From: Promethearchaeota archaeon
Lineage (GTDB): Archaea; Asgardarchaeota; Lokiarchaeia; Sigyniarchaeales; SOKP01
Direction of reading: 5' to 3'
DNA length: 11,053 bases
Assembly (NCBI GenBank): GCA_016926735.1
Contig: JAFGOA010000042.1
Location: 1-11,053, forward strand
The translations under genes were made by a program, and so were the position numbers. Below are positions 7,224-11,053 of the stretch, one piece after another. Under the pieces are notes generated by a model. It was not told where the DNA came from. It made no database searches and saw only the letters and a program-made list of their open reading frames with translations. How positions within the stretch are numbered: the first letter of the stretch is position 1; each line of letters opens with the position of its first letter.

Positions 7224-7634
7224 ATGAAAGAAATTAGCAAATTTCAAGAATTATTCAAGAATATGATTTTAAATATAGAGAAAAGAATTAATCTTTATGC
7301 ATTTATTATATTTGGTTCAAGAGCTCGTGGAAATGCTTTATATTATAGCGATTTTGATATTTTAATTATTGCTGATTTTAAAGAAAAATATATTAATCGA
7401 TCAAAATGGGTAGTTCAAATTGCTCCCGAGGTTCCTATAGATGTATTCTGTTATACACCTAAAGAATTTAAACATTTATTTCATCAATATAATTTAACAA
7501 CAATCGATGCAATTGATGAGGGTATTTTTTTAAAAGGTAAAGACTATTTAGAGGAATATATTGAAAAATTATCTCTGTTTAAACAGAAAGGATTAAAAAA
7601 GAAAAATCATCTCCTAATACCTCCAACTCTTTAA
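7224..7634 (+). CDS. Minimal nucleotidyltransferase (MNT; putative antitoxin)
   Basis: Pol-beta superfamily motif IIFGSRARG...SDFDILII, with the third Asp in IDVFCYTPKEF. It starts 25 bp after the HEPN gene. Confidence 0.92.
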   Translation: MKEISKFQELFKNMILNIEKRINLYAFIIFGSRARGNALYYSDFDILIIADFKEKYINRSKWVVQIAPEVPIDVFCYTPKEFKHLFHQYNLTTIDAIDEGIFLKGKDYLEEYIEKLSLFKQKGLKKKNHLLIPPTL

Positions 7635-7913
7635 TATTGAAGAATTAAAATAGTTGAGAAATAATAAAATTAGTTAGAAATCCTAAAAGATGTTTATAAT
7701 AATACTTGTTTTAAAATTTTTATAAAATTTAAAACTCGATCTAATGTATTTTCTAATCACTTACTTTTTACACTATTTTGAATAACTTCTCTCCTCATCA
7801 TTAATTTATAAACAATTAGAAGGTTTCTAGACAAGAATTACTAATATATGAAATTAAACTAATTTAAATAGATAGAATTATTTTTAATATTTCAATAAAT
7901 TTTAACTGTATTC

Positions 7914-7933
7914 TTTATTAAATATTTAATAAA
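7914..7933. promoter_or_regulatory. Perfect 20-bp palindrome, candidate operator upstream of xpb
   Basis: TTTATTAAATATTTAATAAA is its own reverse complement and ends 60 bp before the xpb ATG. It is all A/T, so it could be chance. Confidence 0.3.
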
Positions 7934-7993
7934 AAATATTTTTCATAAAAAGTTCTATAATAAGTTCATATTACTTTATTATATTATTATAAA

Positions 7994-9313
7994 ATGAAAC
8001 TTCTATTCAATCGAGGAACAATTATCATAGACTGTGAACTTAGCCTTCCTTATATAAAATGGGATAATCGTGTAAATACATTTAGAGCAGAAGCTTATTA
8101 CTATAGCGATATTGTACAATATTTAAATAATTCTAACATTCCTTTTTTAGATGATGTGTTTGATTTAATTCCTTGCCCCCATTTCTCTTCTATTATAAAA
8201 TTAAGAAATTATCAAAAAGAAGCATTAGAATCTTGGTGGTTATCAAAAAAAGGAACAATTGTTATGCCAACAGGTTCAGGTAAAACAATATTAGCCATAA
8301 AAATAATTGAGAAACTTAATACATCTACTTTAATTATTGTTCCGACATTAGATTTAGTTAATCAATGGAAAAAAGAATTAAATAAAGCATTTAACATAGA
8401 AATAGGAGAATTTACAGGAAATAAAAAAGTTTTGAAAGCAATCACCATCTCTACATATGATTCTACTTATCTTAATGCAGATAATTTAGGAAATAAATTC
8501 AATTTTATTGTATTTGATGAAGTACACCACCTCCCTTCTGAAGGATATAGACAGATCGCTGAATTATTTGCATCTCCATTCCGATTAGGGCTTACTGCTA
8601 CATATAATAGGGAAGATAATCTCCATAAAGAATTACCACGACTGATAGGAGATAAAGTTTATGAAATTACTCCGGATACCCTTTCAGGAACACATTTATC
8701 TACTTATGAAATAAAGAAAATCAAAATACCGTTAACTGATAATGAAGAACGAGAATATAGAGATGCCTACAATACTTTTAAATCTTACTTAATATCGAAT
8801 CATATTCAAATGAATCATTCTAATGATTTTAAAAAATTGATAATTCGTTCCGGAAATGACCCTAAAGCAAGATTAGCACTATTATCGAGAAATAAAGCTG
8901 AAAAAATAGCATTTAATTCACAAAATAAATTAAATGAACTTTCCAAATTACTCGATAAAAAAAATCGCACTATTATCTTTACTAAATACAACAATATGGT
9001 CTATAAAATATCTAAGAGATTTTTAATTCCCTGTATTACACATCAAATAAAAAAAGATGAAAGAAATGACATTTTAACTAAATTTAAAAATGGGAAATAC
9101 TCTACAATAGTCTCATCCCAAGTCTTAGATGAAGGAATTAACGTTCCTGACGCAAATATAGGAATTATCTTAAGTGGTACAGGTAGTTCTCGGGAATATA
9201 TACAAAGACTAGGTAGATTACTTAGACCCGGTAAAAATAAAAAAGCTATATTGTATGAAATAATATCTCAAGATACTATGGAAGTTCGAATAGCAAATAA
9301 GAGAAAAAAATAA
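7994..9313 (+). CDS. xpb: XPB/Rad25-family SF2 DNA helicase
   Basis: Motifs LRNYQ, Walker A MPTGSGKT, DEVHH, motif III LGLTAT followed by the XPB-type RED motif (YNREDN), VLDEGINVPDA and QRLGRLLR. Confidence 0.92.
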   Translation: MKLLFNRGTIIIDCELSLPYIKWDNRVNTFRAEAYYYSDIVQYLNNSNIPFLDDVFDLIPCPHFSSIIKLRNYQKEALESWWLSKKGTIVMPTGSGKTILAIKIIEKLNTSTLIIVPTLDLVNQWKKELNKAFNIEIGEFTGNKKVLKAITISTYDSTYLNADNLGNKFNFIVFDEVHHLPSEGYRQIAELFASPFRLGLTATYNREDNLHKELPRLIGDKVYEITPDTLSGTHLSTYEIKKIKIPLTDNEEREYRDAYNTFKSYLISNHIQMNHSNDFKKLIIRSGNDPKARLALLSRNKAEKIAFNSQNKLNELSKLLDKKNRTIIFTKYNNMVYKISKRFLIPCITHQIKKDERNDILTKFKNGKYSTIVSSQVLDEGINVPDANIGIILSGTGSSREYIQRLGRLLRPGKNKKAILYEIISQDTMEVRIANKRKK

Positions 9314-10810
9314 ATGTTTTCTAAAAATCTTTTATCATATTATACTAGAAAAGGATATATTCACCTTAAATATCTAGATAAATTTGATTTAGCAGAAGAA
9401 ATTCTTTCAATTTTCAAAAAATGCAAAAATAAATCATATAAAGAAATAAAAGATAAATTAAGATTATTTGAAAAAGGAAAAAATGATTATAAAATCGTTC
9501 GAGCTTTAACCGGATTGCTTTTAAGAAAAAGTGAATTCATCCCCAATACAGCATTAAACAGTAAAATCATAAGAGAAAAATTGTTTGACTTTGGATTTGT
9601 CATAGATGATTATCAAAGAAATAAAATTGTCACCAAAATCGCAACAGAGTTTAATGTGTCAGAAAATACTATTGAAGATGCTTTTTTTGCAGATTTACCA
9701 CAAGAACAGATTTTAAATAAGTTTGAATTGGATGAGGTAACACCAGAAGATCTAATTAAAAACTATAATTCCTCATTAACTCAAACTTTACTTTTTTATG
9801 CTTCAGAAATATCCATTATTATAGAAGATAATTTTCAACAAGTATTTAGAATGATTAACTATTTCGGTTTAATGTATCAAATAAATAATAAAAAGATTAA
9901 AATAAATGGTCCTGCTTCGCTTTTTAAAAATACAATGAAGTATGGAAAAAATCTAGCCAAACTTCTTGGATTTATAATAGTTAATGAAAAATGGTCAATT
10001 GAAGCTAAAATTCAAATGAAGAAATACAATGAAAATAAAATTTTTTCTTTCAATTTAAATTCTAAAGACAACGTCTTATTTCCATGTATAAAAAAAATAG
10101 AAAATACGTTTGATAGCGAAATTGAAAAACAGTTTTTTAATGATTTCAAGATTTTCGCTACCGAATGGAAAATTAAAAGAGAACCAACTTATATTAAAGC
10201 AGGAAACTATGTCATCATTCCGGATTTTGGATTCTATAAAAATGGAATTGAATTATATCTCGAAATAGTAGGTTTCTGGACTCCAGAGTATATTGAAAAA
10301 AAAATTAAAAAATTTAATCAATCAAAAACTAAAATCATCGTAGCTTTGAACCAAAAATTAAAATGTTCGAGTAAAGATTTTCCGGGAGATGTTATTTTTT
10401 ATAAAGATCGAATCCCTATGAAAAAAATATTGAATATCTTAAAAAGAGAGGAAGAAAAAGAAATTCAACTAAGAATAGCTGATAATTCTTCCATTGAACT
10501 TCACGAAAATATTGTTGATATCACTTCAAAAGCAAAAGAATTAGATCTTAATCCCGAAGTAATAAAAAGATTACTTCCTCCGGATTATTTCATAATTGGT
10601 AAAAAAATCATATCTTCATTGTTCTTAACCAAATTAAAAGATGAGATCGGAAATAAACGAAAATACTCTGAAATCCATAAAATCTTAGAAAAATATCAAT
10701 TAACAAATAAGGTCTTGGATTTAATAGGATTTAAGATCTTCTGGAATGGTCTGGAACCAATAAAAATTATCCCAAAAAAAAGAGATAACAAAAACATATT
10801 AAATTCTTGA
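9314..10810 (+). CDS. bax1: Bax1 / DUF790 endonuclease, partner of XPB
   Basis: Motifs YN-x-S-L-x-Q-T-L-L-F, GL-M-Y, GPASLF..T-x-K-YG and FDS-x-I-E, with the nuclease core REP...IPDF...YLEIVGFWTPEY. The ATG directly abuts the xpb stop (TAA|ATG). Confidence 0.9.
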   Translation: MFSKNLLSYYTRKGYIHLKYLDKFDLAEEILSIFKKCKNKSYKEIKDKLRLFEKGKNDYKIVRALTGLLLRKSEFIPNTALNSKIIREKLFDFGFVIDDYQRNKIVTKIATEFNVSENTIEDAFFADLPQEQILNKFELDEVTPEDLIKNYNSSLTQTLLFYASEISIIIEDNFQQVFRMINYFGLMYQINNKKIKINGPASLFKNTMKYGKNLAKLLGFIIVNEKWSIEAKIQMKKYNENKIFSFNLNSKDNVLFPCIKKIENTFDSEIEKQFFNDFKIFATEWKIKREPTYIKAGNYVIIPDFGFYKNGIELYLEIVGFWTPEYIEKKIKKFNQSKTKIIVALNQKLKCSSKDFPGDVIFYKDRIPMKKILNILKREEEKEIQLRIADNSSIELHENIVDITSKAKELDLNPEVIKRLLPPDYFIIGKKIISSLFLTKLKDEIGNKRKYSEIHKILEKYQLTNKVLDLIGFKIFWNGLEPIKIIPKKRDNKNILNS

Positions 10811-11053
10811 CTTTATAAGATATTTATAAATAAAAGAGTGAAGTTCCTCTAAGAACAATATGTCGGACATTTGAAGCATTTTTTTTAAAAAGGTAGTGAC
10901 TTTACTTAAAACTTGAAATAGACGCTTGGAAAAAAGGTTATTTATTTCTTTCTTTAAAACTCTTGAGATTTAAGAGTAAAAAAGCGTAAACAGGCAATAA
11001 TTTAAATAATGTCGGTTAATACCTTTCCTAAGATAAAAATAAAAATATTAAAA

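Noticed and set aside
7994-9313. Cas3 or type III restriction helicase
   Set aside because: No HD domain, and the RED motif plus adjacent DUF790 gene identify it as XPB.

Overview
AT-rich, probably archaeal window. The longin-like genes, standalone LAGLIDADG and XPB-Bax1 pair suggest an Asgard/Lokiarchaeia-like genome; this is inference from gene content. Left to right: (1) the 3' end of a tnpB gene missed by the ORF track, followed by a GC-rich, hairpin-rich right end/omegaRNA region that abuts a truncated, frameshifted LAGLIDADG endonuclease gene; (2) an HgdC-type acyl-CoA dehydratase activator; (3) a minus-strand cluster of two paralogous seven-TM proteins with C-terminal longin-like domains plus a standalone longin-like protein; (4) a 36-codon relic of an OLD/SMC-like ATPase N-terminus; (5) a cas6 with no other cas genes or array in the window, divergent from a HEPN-MNT toxin-antitoxin pair; (6) an XPB helicase-Bax1 (DUF790) nuclease operon. 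The best candidates for undescribed biology are the 7TM-longin receptor-like cluster and the orphan cas6/HEPN-MNT/XPB-Bax1 neighbourhood. All calls come from reading motifs by eye; no searches were run.
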